Part shown: positions 12,723 through 25,813 of the stretch, piece after piece
How positions within the stretch are numbered: position 1 is the first letter of the stretch
Layout: every line of letters starts with the position of its first letter
Assembly: GCF_028641065.1 (NCBI RefSeq)
Contig: NC_073389.1
Coordinates: 5,580,001 to 5,644,000 of the forward strand
From: Leucoraja erinacea
Lineage: Eukaryota
DNA length: 64,000 bases
Direction of reading: 5' to 3'
The notes under the pieces: generated by a model
Seen by the model: only the letters and a program-made list of their open reading frames with translations
Database searches by the model: none
What the model was told of the DNA's origin: nothing
Made by a program: the position numbers and the translations under genes

Positions 12723-13427
12723 TGTCGGAAGATGATTTTAAAAATCTCTTTACTTGACGGAGATGCAATTTTTTTCCCGTCCACACTGAGGCCTAACATC
12801 AAGGAGCTGGTGACCACTTGCTGGGGATTGACTTTGGGAACTCCAACCGCAGGAGCTTCGACCGCCCCGATCACGGGAGAATAAGGAGGAAAGAAGATTA
12901 GACTTTATTGCCTTCCATCACAGTGAGGAATGTGGGGAAGCCGCTCTGGTGGATGTTTATGTTAACGTTTATGTAGTTGTGTGTCTTGTTGCTTTTTTTC
13001 AGGTATGACTGTATACCTGACGCGCTCATTGGGAAATGGACAAGATCTACTATTCAAATGTGTACACACTCTCGTGCACAGTGTGGTCACCATCGTCACT
13101 GAGCAGGGCCAGCAGGCCACCTGGTGGAAGCCTCACCTGCATCGCCATTCTGGACCTGGCAACTTGTGAACTCTCACCTGGACCTTCCATCAGGCCCCAG
13201 GAGACGGGAAGTCCCAGCCCTTGTCTGGGTCAGGACTAATGTGCTCACTACCTGGTAGACTGCTCCGTCCGTGCCCATGTTCATGTCACCCCAACTGTAA
13301 ATGTGATAACCTGCATTTAGTGTATACACAAGAGTCAAGAGTCAATTTAATTGTCATTTGGACCCCTGGAGGGCCACAATGGGCAACAAGTGGTTATACA
13401 CAATGTTTAATCCATAATTTCCATGTA

Positions 13428-14468
13428 GGTATGTTGCAAAAGTTACCTTCAGCGGCGCTGCAGTTCTGTCACTGCCCGTGTGCGCGACTTTGGCGCCTTT
13501 GTGAGGGGGGGGGGGGGGGGCGGTTTAAAACGCCGTTTTCTCCAGGCTATTGAAATCGATGTTGTTCAGCCTGTTTAGTTGCTGACGATAAATCGCTGCG
13601 ACATTTGTTCTCTGCAGTTATTTTTAAACTAAGTTGGATAATTCAATTGCTATAGTAAATTAAAAATCATCTTCTAAAGCCGCGAACGCCGACAACGGGA
13701 CGGATCTCACGTAGGGGACAAGGCAAGGTACGCTGTTTATTTTTACATTAAAACGTGCTTCTTAAGATCCTTTTAATCAAAATTTTAAGATGCGAGAAGG
13801 TGGCTTGGAGCCCAGCCGAACCAGCAGTATATTTCCTGCCGACATGGGGTTCAAATTCACTGCAATCACCACGTTCCAAATGATCGCGTTCCAGAAAAAC
13901 CCATCCGCAAGATTTAAATGGCCATTAATTTACGGGAATTAAACACTAAATTCCTTCCACTTGGCCTATAACTCCAATACAATGAGATTTAAAAATCATG
14001 TTATATTGTGAATTCTTGTGTGAATGTTATTTGGACACTTAGGCTATTTAAACATGTTGATCTTTTCTTAAGAAATAGATAGATGTTTCAATCTAGTAAT
14101 TGAATTATGTAATTAGCTACAATTGGATAACTAACTAATTATGTGCTTTAATTTCAGGTCATCCAAGTAAGATTGTTTCATATTTGTTTCAGAATGCTTC
14201 AATCTAGAATAACTGAAAATTTCTTTCAGTTCTCTTAATTTTTAATAAAGTTATGGGCTTTTGACTGTCCTCGATCACAGCTTTTGTGTTAAGTCAATGG
14301 AAAAGCAATAGGGAACAAGATGCTAATTTCCAAGTATGTAAATGGCCATAACTGTTTTAATACTGAAGTTATGAAAGTGAATTAGGTGTCAAATTAAACT
14401 TTTTATGCTTTATCTGATGGGATAAATTGCAGACGTGATTTTTAACATCTCAACATTTTGTAACATTG
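13428..14468 (+). mobile_element. ~1.04 kb non-autonomous DNA transposon, copy 1
   Basis: Colinear reverse complement of 52455-53470; ends ATGTTGCAAAA ... TTTTGTAACAT form a short TIR; no coding capacity. Confidence 0.8.
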
Positions 14469-15379
14469 CTAGTCCATGCATTAGAGCTTTGTGTGTGTAT
14501 TATACTGCAAACATCATCAACAAAATCATCTTGTTCTGGCTTCAGTCACCGCATGAAATATTATAAAGATATTTCTGCATTGTGTCCTTGTACCAACCGC
14601 AACGTTCTGCCAGCGCACGTAATGTGCAGTCAATCGGCCAGCGTGGTGATAACTCCAACACATATCCTGTGTGGGCAGGAAGTTGGCCACGCTTGGTTTA
14701 TCTGGACATCAGTGATCCGGCCAAATGTTGAGTGTACAGCTGGAACATAGATCATACAACATACAACAGTACAGTGCAATTACAGGCCTTTAAAATGGCT
14801 CTAACATATCTTTCTCAACCACCATGCCCCAGCCGTCAGTTCCAGGCACCCACCGCCCTCTGTGTGAAAAACCTGCCTCACAAATCTCCTTTAAACTTTG
14901 CCCCTTTCACTTTAAAGCCACGCCCACTAATATTTGATTTTTCCTGGAAGAAATATTCTGCTGTCTACCCGAACTCTGCCTCTCATAATGTTCTAGACTT
15001 TTATCAGGGCTCCTCGAAACCTCCGGGCAATCCAGAGAAAACAATTCAAGTCAGAGCGGCCTCTCCCTGTAGCTAATCCCAACCAATGCAGGCGTTATTC
15101 TGATCAACATTCTATACATTCTCCCCAAACCTCCACATCCCTCCTGTAATGGGGCGACCAGAACTGCACGTAATACTCCAAATGTGGCCGAACTAAAGTC
15201 CTATAGAGCTGTAAACAACTTCCTGCCATGTACCATCATGTGCTCTTTACTTTCTCACTGGTGAAATAGTCATAGAGTCACACATCACAGACACAGGCCC
15301 TTCGACCCAACATGCCCATGCTGACCATGGTGTCCCATCCACACTAGTCCCACCTGCTTGCGTTAGATTCATATCATCG

Positions 15380-16320
15380 TCATAGAGTAATACAGCATGG
15401 AAACAGGCCCTTCGGCCCACAACAGCCCACATGTCCCAGCTATACTAGTCCCACCTGCCCACGTTTGGTCCATATCCCTCCGAACCTGCCCTATCCATGT
15501 ATCTGTCTAACTGTTTCTTAAACATTGGGATAGTCCCAGCCTCAACTAACTCCTCTGGCAGCTTGTTCCATACAGTTACCCCTGAGATTCTTATTAAATC
15601 TTTTCCCCTTCACCTTAAACCTATGTTCTCTAGTCCTCGATTCACCTACTCTGAGCAAGAGACTCTGTGCATCTGCCCGATCTATTTCTCTCATGGTTAT
15701 ATACACCTCTATAAGATCACCCCTCATCCTCCTGTGCTCCATGGAATAGAGACCTAGCCTACTCAACCTCTCGCTATAGCTCACACCCTATAGTCCTGGC
15801 AACATCCTCATGAATCTTCTCTGTACCCTTTCCAGCTTGATTACATCCTTCCTATAACATGGTGCCCAAAACTGAACACAATATTCTAAATGCAGCCTCA
15901 CCAACGCCTTATACAACTGCAACATGGCCTCCCAACTTCTATACTCAATACACTGACGGATTTATGCAGGCCAATGTACCACATCATCTATCTGTGGCTC
16001 CACCTTCAAGGAACCATGCACGTACACTCCTAGATCCCTCTGCTCTACAACACTCCCCAGAGCCCGACCATTCACTGTGTAGGTCCTGCCCACGTTAGAC
16101 TTCCCAAATTGCAACACCTCACACTTCTCTGTAATAGATTCCATCAACCATTCCTCCGTCCACCTGGCCAATCGATCAAGATCCTGCTGCAATTGTTCAC
16201 AACCATCTTCACTATCTGTAAAAATACTCACTTTTGTATCATTTGCAAACTTGCTAATCTTGCCATGTATGTTCTCAACCAAATCATTGATGTAGCTGAC
16301 TAACAGTAACGAACCCTGAG
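15380..16320 (-). mobile_element. CR1 LINE fragment, degraded
   Basis: ORFs 15962..16360 (ISKFANDTKV) and 15542..15784 (RMRGDLIEVY). Confidence 0.9.
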
Positions 16321-18584
16321 GCAGACCATATCCTTCTGGATCTTTCCTATCCCTGTCCAAATGTCTTTAATTGTTGTTATGGTACCTGCCACGTAAACTC
16401 TGCAAATGGCTGGTGATATTTGCAGAATTACGTGAAGCAACTTGGAAACACTTTAACAAAAAAATAACCTTTCTTGCCCAATGCCGAGAAAAAAGAGTTC
16501 CTGGCATTGCCCTGGGCAGGAATACTGAGAAAACCAGGAGTGAGTTCAGCACAGTCACCACTAGGTGGCAGACTGTGGCAACAACACTGGGTAAACCAGG
16601 AAAATGCAAGTTTACATTAGTTTAGTGTAGTTTAGTTTAGAGATTCAGCAAGGAAACAGGCCCTTCGGCCCACATAGTCCATGCCGATCTTTGATCGCCC
16701 GTTCACAATAGTTCTATGCTATCCCACTTTCTCATCCACTCCCTACACACTAGGGCCAATTTACATAGGGCCAATTAACCTACAAACCCACACGTCTTTG
16801 GAGCACGGTGCACAAGAGGGGAATAGATGGGGTGAGTGTACAGAGTCTTTTACCCAGGATAGGTTTACTTTAGTTCATTTTATTGGCAGATGTACTGAGG
16901 TACAGTGAAAAGCTTTTTGTTACGTGCTAAACAGCCAATGTGAAGACTATACATGATTACAATCAGGGCTGCCAACATTGGGTGAGAGTTGGGAGTGAGA
17001 AATTGCGAGAGACCAAGCCCGAGGGAGCGTAGCGACCAGGGGGCGGGGTGCCCCCCTCTCCCATTGGTACGGAGCTTTTGCATTTTTCAGCTTGAAGTTG
17101 TGCAATCTGGTGCATACTGTAGCGCGTCTTTTAATTTACACTTGAATGCAATATTTATGCTTTAAATTGCATTAGCTATGAATAAGGTTAGGCTAAATTA
17201 CATTCCTAATTACATTGCACAGTAGAGCCAGGCTCCGATCAACAGGTGCAGCACATGAATGATCTTAGTGTATTCAAGTATGGAAATCAGATTATAACGA
17301 AGCACTTGGCCCATGTTGACCAACCTGGGTCTCACTGCACGCATGGTACTCCAGTTGTTTACCTCTCTCATTCCTGACCCTGAGTCCAGCCTTACACCTG
17401 GCCACCTATTCTACCCTGATCATAGTTGCTTACCTGCTTAGGTTCCCAGTGCTGAACACTTCAATTGTCCCAGCTTTGACTGCACACCTTGTACTATTCC
17501 AGACCTTGACTGGATGCACACTTGGCCTTGCTCCTAGCCCCTCTGCACTGACAATACATCTGGCCAACACATAAAGCCCCATATCTGACCCCCCTAGACT
17601 TAACCTATTACGTTCAAGTCCACAGGTGCTTATCTAATGTGGTAATCTTTTATGGGGCACTTCACAGACCAAATTTTGTGTAACAAATTTTGCTACACCC
17701 ATTGGCTTCCTTGTTATCTAACATGCTAGTTACTTTGTCAAAGAAGTCATCAATTGGTTGAACACAATTTCTCATCCATAAAATTACACGCAATCAGCTG
17801 TATCAATCGTTTGCTATGTCGCTCTTCAAGGGAGATGCTAAATGCATTTCGTTGTCTCTGTACTGTACACTGACAATGACAATTAAAATTGAATCTGAAT
17901 CTGATAAGTATTTTGTTACCATTTCCTTCATTTTCCTAACAAAGTGTCCTGAAGTCATTTTCACCCACAATATTTTCACCCCCCAATATTTTCAGTATTC
18001 AGTCTTCCTCTCAGCTGGGACTTTTCTGAAATACAAAGTCCAATAGCTATATATTTAAGCGATATTCTATTAAATGTGAGCTTGAGAGTACATAATATTT
18101 TCTGTGGTATTCATAACACAATAATAAAAAGATCTTTGTTTTGATTGCATCTACCAACATGCATACATTATTATATTACAGTTAGTATGTGCCGAGGGCA
18201 AATTTTTGTTCCAATGCTCCCCATTCCCAATTACTTTTACATTGAAGTGATTGAAATCCAAGTGAAGTTTAAATGGCATTAGAAAAATAAAAACTCCGGA
18301 ATGGATGATATTCATTACATGGTTGGCTGGAGGCAGTATCAGCACAATTGCTATATTAAACTTTAAATCTTCAGATGTCCTAGTTCAAGCTAAAACTAAA
18401 GACAAGTAATAACCTCACACATTTCCCTGCAAGTACCTCTGACACACCTTTAAAATATGCCCCCTTCTTTGAATAAGCTGTTAAACATCGCATCTGAATC
18501 AGTTTCCATCTGATTACACTCTTTAAGGATGTTCATCTGCATTTTCAATTAATAAAATTACGAGATTTGGGACATTTTTATTCA

Positions 18585-19197
18585 AACTTACTCCTTATTC
18601 TTAAACTGTGGCCTCTGGTTCTGGACGCCACCAACATCGGGAACATGTTTCCTTCCTCTAGAGTTTCCAAATCTTTAATAATCTTATATGTTTCAATAAG
18701 AATGCCCTCTCATCCTTCTAAACTACAGAGTATATAATCCCAGCCACTCCATTCTCTCAGCATATGACAATCCCGCCATCCCAGGAATTAACCTTGTAAA
18801 TCTATGCTGCAGTCCCTCAGTAGCAAGAATGTCCTTCCTCAAATTAAGGGACCATAGTATCCTCACAGTTCACACTTCCACCCAGCATTGTGTCATAGAT
18901 TTACAAGGTTAATTCTCGGGAAGGCAGGACTGTCATATGCTGCGTGAATGAAGCGGTGGACTTATATACTCTGGAGCTTAGAAGGATGAGAGGATATCTT
19001 ATTGAAACATATAAGATTATTAAAGTTTGGACATGCTGGAGGCAGGAAAAATGTTCTCTCTCTCTATCTCTCCCCCCCTCTCTCCCCCCCTCTATGGGGA
19101 GAAGGCAGGAACGGGATACTGATTGTGGATGATCAACCATGATCACAGTGAATGGTGGTGCAGGCTCAAAGGGCCAAATGACCTGCTCCTGCACCAT
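18585..19197. mobile_element. Rearranged CR1 3' fragments in both orientations
   Basis: 18585-18890 matches the 2760-3030 CR1 (- strand); 18895-19197 is its inverse (LYTLELRRMRGYLIETYKII). Confidence 0.8.
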
Positions 19198-20521
19198 TCA
19201 GGTAATTGTCATATGACATCGTCGATAAAATGTAATTCAGAAAATGAAACAATCCATGGTTGCCAAGAGATGGTCTGTAATGTTCCGTTGTTGTGGTAGC
19301 ATTGGGTCAGTTCAAGAACCTGATGGGACAGTAGCTTTTTATGAACTGGGAGTGTGGGACATTTTACTTCTGTGTCTCCTGTCCGATGGTAACAGTGAGA
19401 AGACAGCACGGCCTATCCCATTTCAGCTATTAGTTGAGCAAACTTAACCTGAACAACTTGGTATTCTTAACATCTCTATATTCTGAGACCTTTCCTGTAA
19501 AAGATCTTTCAGGGGAAGTGTCGCGAATATCCGCAGAAAGTAAAACGTAATCTGCGTGCCTTTGTAATCAATTCCCCTCGCAGTAGACAATAGCCTTCTT
19601 TGTGTTTTTCTAATTACTTGCTCTACCTTGTGCAAGTACATGAATATCAGGAGGCTAAATTCAATCTGGAAATTGTCCGCTTGGGGAAAGATCATCAAAT
19701 ATTTTTAATATATTGCGACATTTGGATTGATACAGGTATTGCAATTTTCTTTTCCACTTACCTTGTATAGTGCTGATAATTTACATAAGATATTCACTCC
19801 TGTATATCTGTATGAGTGTGGGAAGCCAAATGTTTCAGGACATTATATAGTGGAGAGTTGTGTGCACAAAATTACATATGTTTTCCAAGTGATTTCCATC
19901 ACATAAGCAAAGAAATTAAGGAATTTCACAAGCTCTTGGTTTGAAGCAATTTTGATATAGTTTAGAGATACAACATGAATCAGGCGCTTCGGACCAGTGA
20001 TTCTACAGTGACCATCGATCACCCGTTTTAGTTTAGTTGTTCATTGTCATATGAAAAGCTTGAATTTGCATGCTATCCAGCCAAAGGAAGGCCTATACAT
20101 GATTGCAATCAAACCATCCACAGTGTACAGGTGAAGGGTAAATAAAGATTTTAGAGTGGAATGATTGTAATGGATGTCAGCAGACCTCTTACAGTCTGCA
20201 CGCAGATGCAGAGCAGCACGTAAAGGATCGCCTTGCTCAGGCGCCAGTTGGTCTCGACATTCATACTGGTTCAAGAGTGTTTTATTGTCAAGCATGTTTT
20301 ATTGTCTTATGTCCCAAAACAGGCTATTTTGGCGAATCAGTGATGACAAGTTGGCTTGAATTGTTTTATTTTAATGAAACAACGAGCCAACGAGAGTGGA
20401 TTAGACAACCACATTTACAATGTGGCTTCCACAAGTGTGGGCGCTAGACTAACAGTTATTGACAGTTACAGCAAAAAAACTGCCATTAGAACACCTCAGT
20501 GACTCCTCCAGTCAATCACGA

Positions 20522-20955
20522 GGGTTGAATAAGTTAGGTCTTTATTCTCTGGAGCGCAGAAGGTTAAGGGGGGACTTGATAGAGGTCTTTAAAATGATGA
20601 GAAGGATACACAGAGTTGATGTGGACAAGCTTTTCCCTTTGAGAATAGGGAAGATTCAAACAAGAGGACATGACTTCAGAATTAAGGGACAGAAGTTTAG
20701 GGGTAACATGAGGGGGAACTTCTTTACTCGGAGAGTGGTAGCTGTGTGGAATGAGCTTCCAGTGGAAGTGGTGGAGGCAGGTTCATTGGTATCATTTAAA
20801 AATAAATTGGATAGGCATATGGATGAGAAGGGAATGGAGGGTTATGGTATGAGTGCAGGCAGGTGGGACTAAGGGGAAAAAAACTTTGTTCGGCACGGAC
20901 TTGTAGGGCCGAGATGGCCTGTTTCCGTGCTGTAATTGTTATATGTTATATGTTA
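20522..20955 (+). mobile_element. CR1 LINE 3' fragment, young
   Basis: ORF 20459..20872 is almost identical to the C-terminus of 865..1479. Confidence 0.95.
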
Positions 20956-21465
20956 TACCCAGAGCCACCACCGGGTGTCGCTACACTATGTTATTCCGCT
21001 TTTTCAAACACTCCCTACACATTAGTGGCAATTTTATGGTGGCCATTTACAGTAACCTAAAAAGCTGCATGTGTTTGGGATGTGGGAGGAAACTGGAACA
21101 CCCGGAGGAAACCCACACAGTCACTCAAACTCCACAGAACCCAATGTCCGTATGGAACCAAGGTCTCTGGTGCTGTGAGGTAGTAGCTCTACCCGGCTGT
21201 GCCATTGTGCTGCTCATTTTATGAGTGCAAATTCCATTGATTGCTTTGTTTTGAGTTTTAGTTACTTTGAGAATATTGAGTCAGTTTATAGACACATATC
21301 CTGCGAGAACATCATCAAAGTGAAACCATGTACATGTTCAATGACCAAAAGTCAAGTGAAATTTGACCGTGCTTCCACGTCCCAAGTTCCACGTATCCAC
21401 TGTTGCAGAAATATTTTGTGTATTGCATTGCATCCTAATTTGTCCATTATTGCAACTCCTCATTA

Positions 21466-22722
21466 TTAATAATAATAATAATAATTTTATTTATAGAGCA
21501 CTTTAAAAACAAACATAGCTGCAACAAAGTGCTGTACATCACTAATCATTGACAAAAAAGCTAATACACCCCAAAAATAACAATCAAAAGAAATAGTAGG
21601 AAAAGACATGTAAAATAAAGAAACATCAAAAACACCACAAACAGAAGCAAAGCCTCAGGCATGGTCAAAAGCCAGGGAGTACAAATGCGTTTTAACACTG
21701 GATTTGAAGATGGACAGTGAGGGGGCCTGTCTGATGTGCAACGGCAGGGTGTTCCAGAGTGCCGGAGCAGCAACAGAGAAGGCTCTATCCCCTCTGAGCC
21801 TCCGATTAGACCTCGGTACCTCCAGGAGCAGCTGACCAGCTGACCTGAGGGACCGGGCAGGAGCGTATGGGTGGAGCAGCTCAGAGAGGTAAGGCGGGGC
21901 GAGCCCATTCAGAGATTTAAAAACAAATAACAGTATCTTAAAATGAACCCGAAAGTGCACCGGGAGCCAGTGTAGGGAGGCCAGAATTGGCGATATGTGC
22001 TCCCTCTTTCGAGTCCCTGTTAAAAGGTGAGCAGCAGCATTCTGAACCAACTGGAGACAAGCCAGTGAAGAACGAGCAACACCAAAATAGAGCGCGTTAC
22101 AGTAATCCAGCCTAGATGTAATAAAGGCATGGATTACTGTCTCAAAATGCTGCCGCTCGAGAATGGGCTTCACCTTCGCCAGCTTCCTTAGGTGAAAGAA
22201 GCTGGACTTAACCACCGCGCATATTTGGCGATCTAATTTAAAGTCACTGTCCATCCTAAAACCCAGGTTCACAACTGTTGGCTTCACGTACCTTGACAAT
22301 GGACCTAAATCAACAAATGGAGGTTCACGGCAGCCATTGGGATCAAATAAAATCACCTCTGTCTTCTTTTCATTAAATCCAAGAAAGTTTAGGGCCAACC
22401 AGGACTTAATGTCATCAAGACAAGACAGAAGCGATTTTACAGAAAAGGCATCTTCCCCCCTCAGCGGGAAATAAAGCTGGGTATCATCTGCATAACAGTG
22501 GAAGGAGATGCCATGCTTTCTAAGGATGGAACCCAAAGGAAGTATGTACAGCGAGAAAAGCAGGGGCCCCAGAATCGAACCCTGTGGAACCCCATATGAC
22601 AGGGGAGCGGAAGAGGATTCAAACCCAGCAAGGCTAACACACATGGTTCTGCCCGCCAGATAGGACCTGAACCATCCCAGGGCACTGCCGCAGATGCCCA
22701 CTAACTGCTGTAGCCGAGATAA
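21466..22722 (-). mobile_element. L2-clade LINE 3' fragment with an uninterrupted RT C-terminal ORF (21655..22740)
   Basis: [65 protein letters not shown] are L2 motifs; (ATT)n tail at 21466-21485. Confidence 0.95.
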
Positions 22723-23447
22723 TTGATAATTATTGAGCATTATTGGTGCATCTTTGAGCCCTTAATCCTGCTCTGCTTATTGGTTGTAAGGAATTTAGAT
22801 GTATGATCATTTAACACATTGGAACGACCTGAATTTTAGAGCCCAGCTGCCTTCATACTTGTTGCCTTCTCCCCCATTACCGCTGACACCCGCACTAATC
22901 AAAACTCTATCAATATTCGCCATAAAATATCCATTGACTTGGCCTCCACATCCATCTGTGGCAATGAATTAGACAGATTCACCACTCTCTGATTAAAGAA
23001 ATTCCTCCTCTCCATTCACTTTAATGTCTCTTTATTATCTGCCACTGATCTGCTTTGCATTGGGTGTCACTTTCTTCAATTGGGCCCCTCTGGCATTTGC
23101 TAATCTCATTATTCGCATCATTAGTACTGAACTATTATCTACCTCTTTGATGATCCTGTGACTATCCTTGATCAGACTTTGCTGGGTTTACCTTGCGCTG
23201 TAAATGGGTCGATTGCAAACGTGTATTGTCCTTCTGCTGACTGGTCAGCACGCAACAAAAGCTTTACACTGTACCTCGGTACACGTGACAACAAACTAAA
23301 CGTAAACTCAAGAGCATAGACCATAGAACAGTACAGCACAGGAACAGGCCCTTTGGCCCACAATGTCCATGCCACGGATGATGCCCGGTTAAACTAATCT
23401 CTGCTCTGTACCAATTCTATTTCATTATTATTTTGGTTATTTTGCAG

Positions 23448-23498
23448 CCACATTAAAATAAAAGCATGTGGAGGTGCATTTGCCTTGCATCGGCGGGG
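23448..23498 (+). CDS. Candidate first coding exon of the coiled-coil gene (ATG 23466, MWRCICLASAG)
   Basis: ttattttgcag acceptor and GG|gtaagt donor; in-frame TAA upstream of the ATG; phase 0 end joins 25670 in frame. Confidence 0.4.
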
Positions 23499-24904
23499 GT
23501 AAGTATTTTTCTAATTTCCTGTTGTTGCATTTGCAAAATTTGTATTTGTATTCATGATATATTTTGGAATTTTGTTTTTTCTTATATAAAATAATGTGTG
23601 GACTACAATCACTTGCTCATGATTTCAATTGCAAAAATATTTCATGAAAATGCTTTTCCTGTGCTTAACTTAATTTGTCTGTTATATTTTGCCTCTGGTA
23701 TATGTTAGCCGTTTCAAATTGAATTCCTCATGTTTTATTATTTGTTATTGGCATGACTAATATTTATTAGATGAGTTGTGCATATTGAGGCCGAGAAATG
23801 TTGATTTGTGTAATGTGACTGGTTCACTACTTGAAAAAATACATTCTCCTCAAAGTAAACATGGGATGTTTATGACATTCATGAATTTCTTCCTGTCCTG
23901 TGCAGTGATGAGCAATGGTGGGCCACTAATGTAAAAGCAACCCTGGGAAAGATGGGCATCCTGTTTGTTCCAAGATAAAGGGGATTGGTCTGAGCAGGAC
24001 CCAAGCTCCTGGTACTAGGAGTCAGCTGCTCATCATAACACCTTACCTTGTGGGCAACGTTGACCACCAATTCTAAACTCCTCTGCTCCAACGTATCACT
24101 ACTCACCCACAGTCATCAGAGAGCTATTGGCCCTCACTGAGGCCTGAATTGACCCTTGGTTTTCACTTACGATACGATACAATAAAACTTTCTTCATCCC
24201 CGGAGGGAAATTGGTTTGCCAACAGTCCCAACACACAAGGTGCACGAAAACTTGAAATTAAAAGTGCAAATAAAAAGAAAAAGACATGTGACTGTTGGCT
24301 GGCTGCCGTGTGCACAGTGCCTTAAACGGAACGAACGGACAAACAAACAAACAAACAAACACAGGCATATCCCCTGGGTAGAGAATTATAAAAGTAGAGT
24401 ACTCTCCCCACACCGGGACCCACATTGTTCTACCACCGTCCCACACGACAGTCCCCCATCACCGGATCCCCATTGTTCTTCACGGCAGTCCCCCCACGCC
24501 CGGTCCCCGTTGTCTTCTCCTCCCCCCCCCCCACTCTCATTGAACGCTGATTGCGGGTCGATCATGAGGCCCCACTGCCGCTGAGGCTCCCGCCACCGCC
24601 GAAGCTCCCGTTGCTGCTGAGGCTTCCTTCACCGCTACTGCTGAGGCTCCCACAGCCCAGGCAGACCTTGCCATCCGGCTTCACCTCAGTCCCCTGGGAG
24701 GCCTGTGGGGCGAGTCTGCATGTTCCAGTCGGCGGCGCGGTTGTTCGGTGGGTGGATTGGGCCCGCGCGACTCCTAGGGTCACTCCCACCTCATGTGCGG
24801 CTCTCCAGGACACTCTACCTTGCCAGTATTACTAGCAAATCAGACTTGCATCTCAGACACAAAGAAATGCAGATGCTGGTTTATATCAAAAATGGACACA
24901 CTGC

Positions 24905-25213
24905 TAGAGTAATGGTGGTGCAGTGGTAGAGTTGCTGCCTTACAGTGCCAGGGAACTGGGTTCGATCCTGACTACAGGTGCTTGTCTGTACAGAGTTTGT
25001 ACTTTCTCCCCGTGACCTGCATGGATTTTCTCCGGCATCTCGGGTGTCCTCCCACACTCCAAATACGCACTGGTTTGTAGGTTAATTGGCCAGGTATAAT
25101 TGTAAATTGTCACTAGTGTGTAGGATAGTGTTAATGCACAGGGATTGCAGGTTGGTGTGGACTGGGTGGGCCAAAGTGGTGTATCTCTAAACTAAACTGA
25201 ACTAAGCTAAACT
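24905..25213 (+). mobile_element. HE1-like tRNA SINE (others at 34760-35050, 20995-21215, 46475-46630, 57790-57910)
   Basis: tggtgcagtggtaga A box, gggttcgatcc B box, (AAACT)n tail. Confidence 0.85.
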
Positions 25214-25669
25214 AACTCAGTGGCTTGGGTGAAAAAGGATGGGTGAAGTTTCAGGTTGGGACCCTTCTTTAGACTGATTGTAGGGGATGGATCTGGAAGC
25301 AAGAAAAGACCACGACAAATTTGAAAAAGGGTCCTGACCCGAAACATCAACCATCCTTTTATTCCACAGATACCACCTGACCTGCTGAGTTAATCCAGCA
25401 CATTGTGTCTGTCTATCCTATTTTTCCCCCTCAATATGAGAATTCATTGTGGGAAAGCCTTTGAGCATGTTAAAATACACGAGGCCAATTACGTGAGGTC
25501 TTCAGAGTGACTGAATTTTGCAGCAGTGGCCTTGCAATTAAAAAAATGCATTGGCTTCCATGCATTCCTCATTAATGCACTTCTCAAGTCACTGAATATT
25601 TCAATACTGTTTGCTCTGAAGTCTGATTCACTATGATGCAGTTATTAATGGTGACCAATCATTCTGCAG

Positions 25670-25813
25670 GCACAGTGCTGCCACAGAGCTACAGGTAAGT
25701 ATTTGGTGGCTGATTTAACTGATCAGCTGGCTCAGCATGAACAGCTAGTAGCGCAGCTCAAAGACGACATTCAGGACAAGGAGACCCAGCTTCACGTGAG
25801 AGAACAGCTTAAG
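25670..25813 (+). CDS. Coiled-coil (golgin-like) exon A; duplicate at 30544-30687
   Basis: ttctgcag acceptor, AAG|gtaaca donor, 144 nt phase 0-0: AQCCHRATGKYLVADLTDQLAQHEQLVAQLKDDIQDKETQLHVREQLK with heptad pattern. Confidence 0.65.

Noticed and set aside
19444-19698. 84-aa ORF
   Set aside because: VEQVIRK...ARGIDYK is an ancient CR1 remnant.
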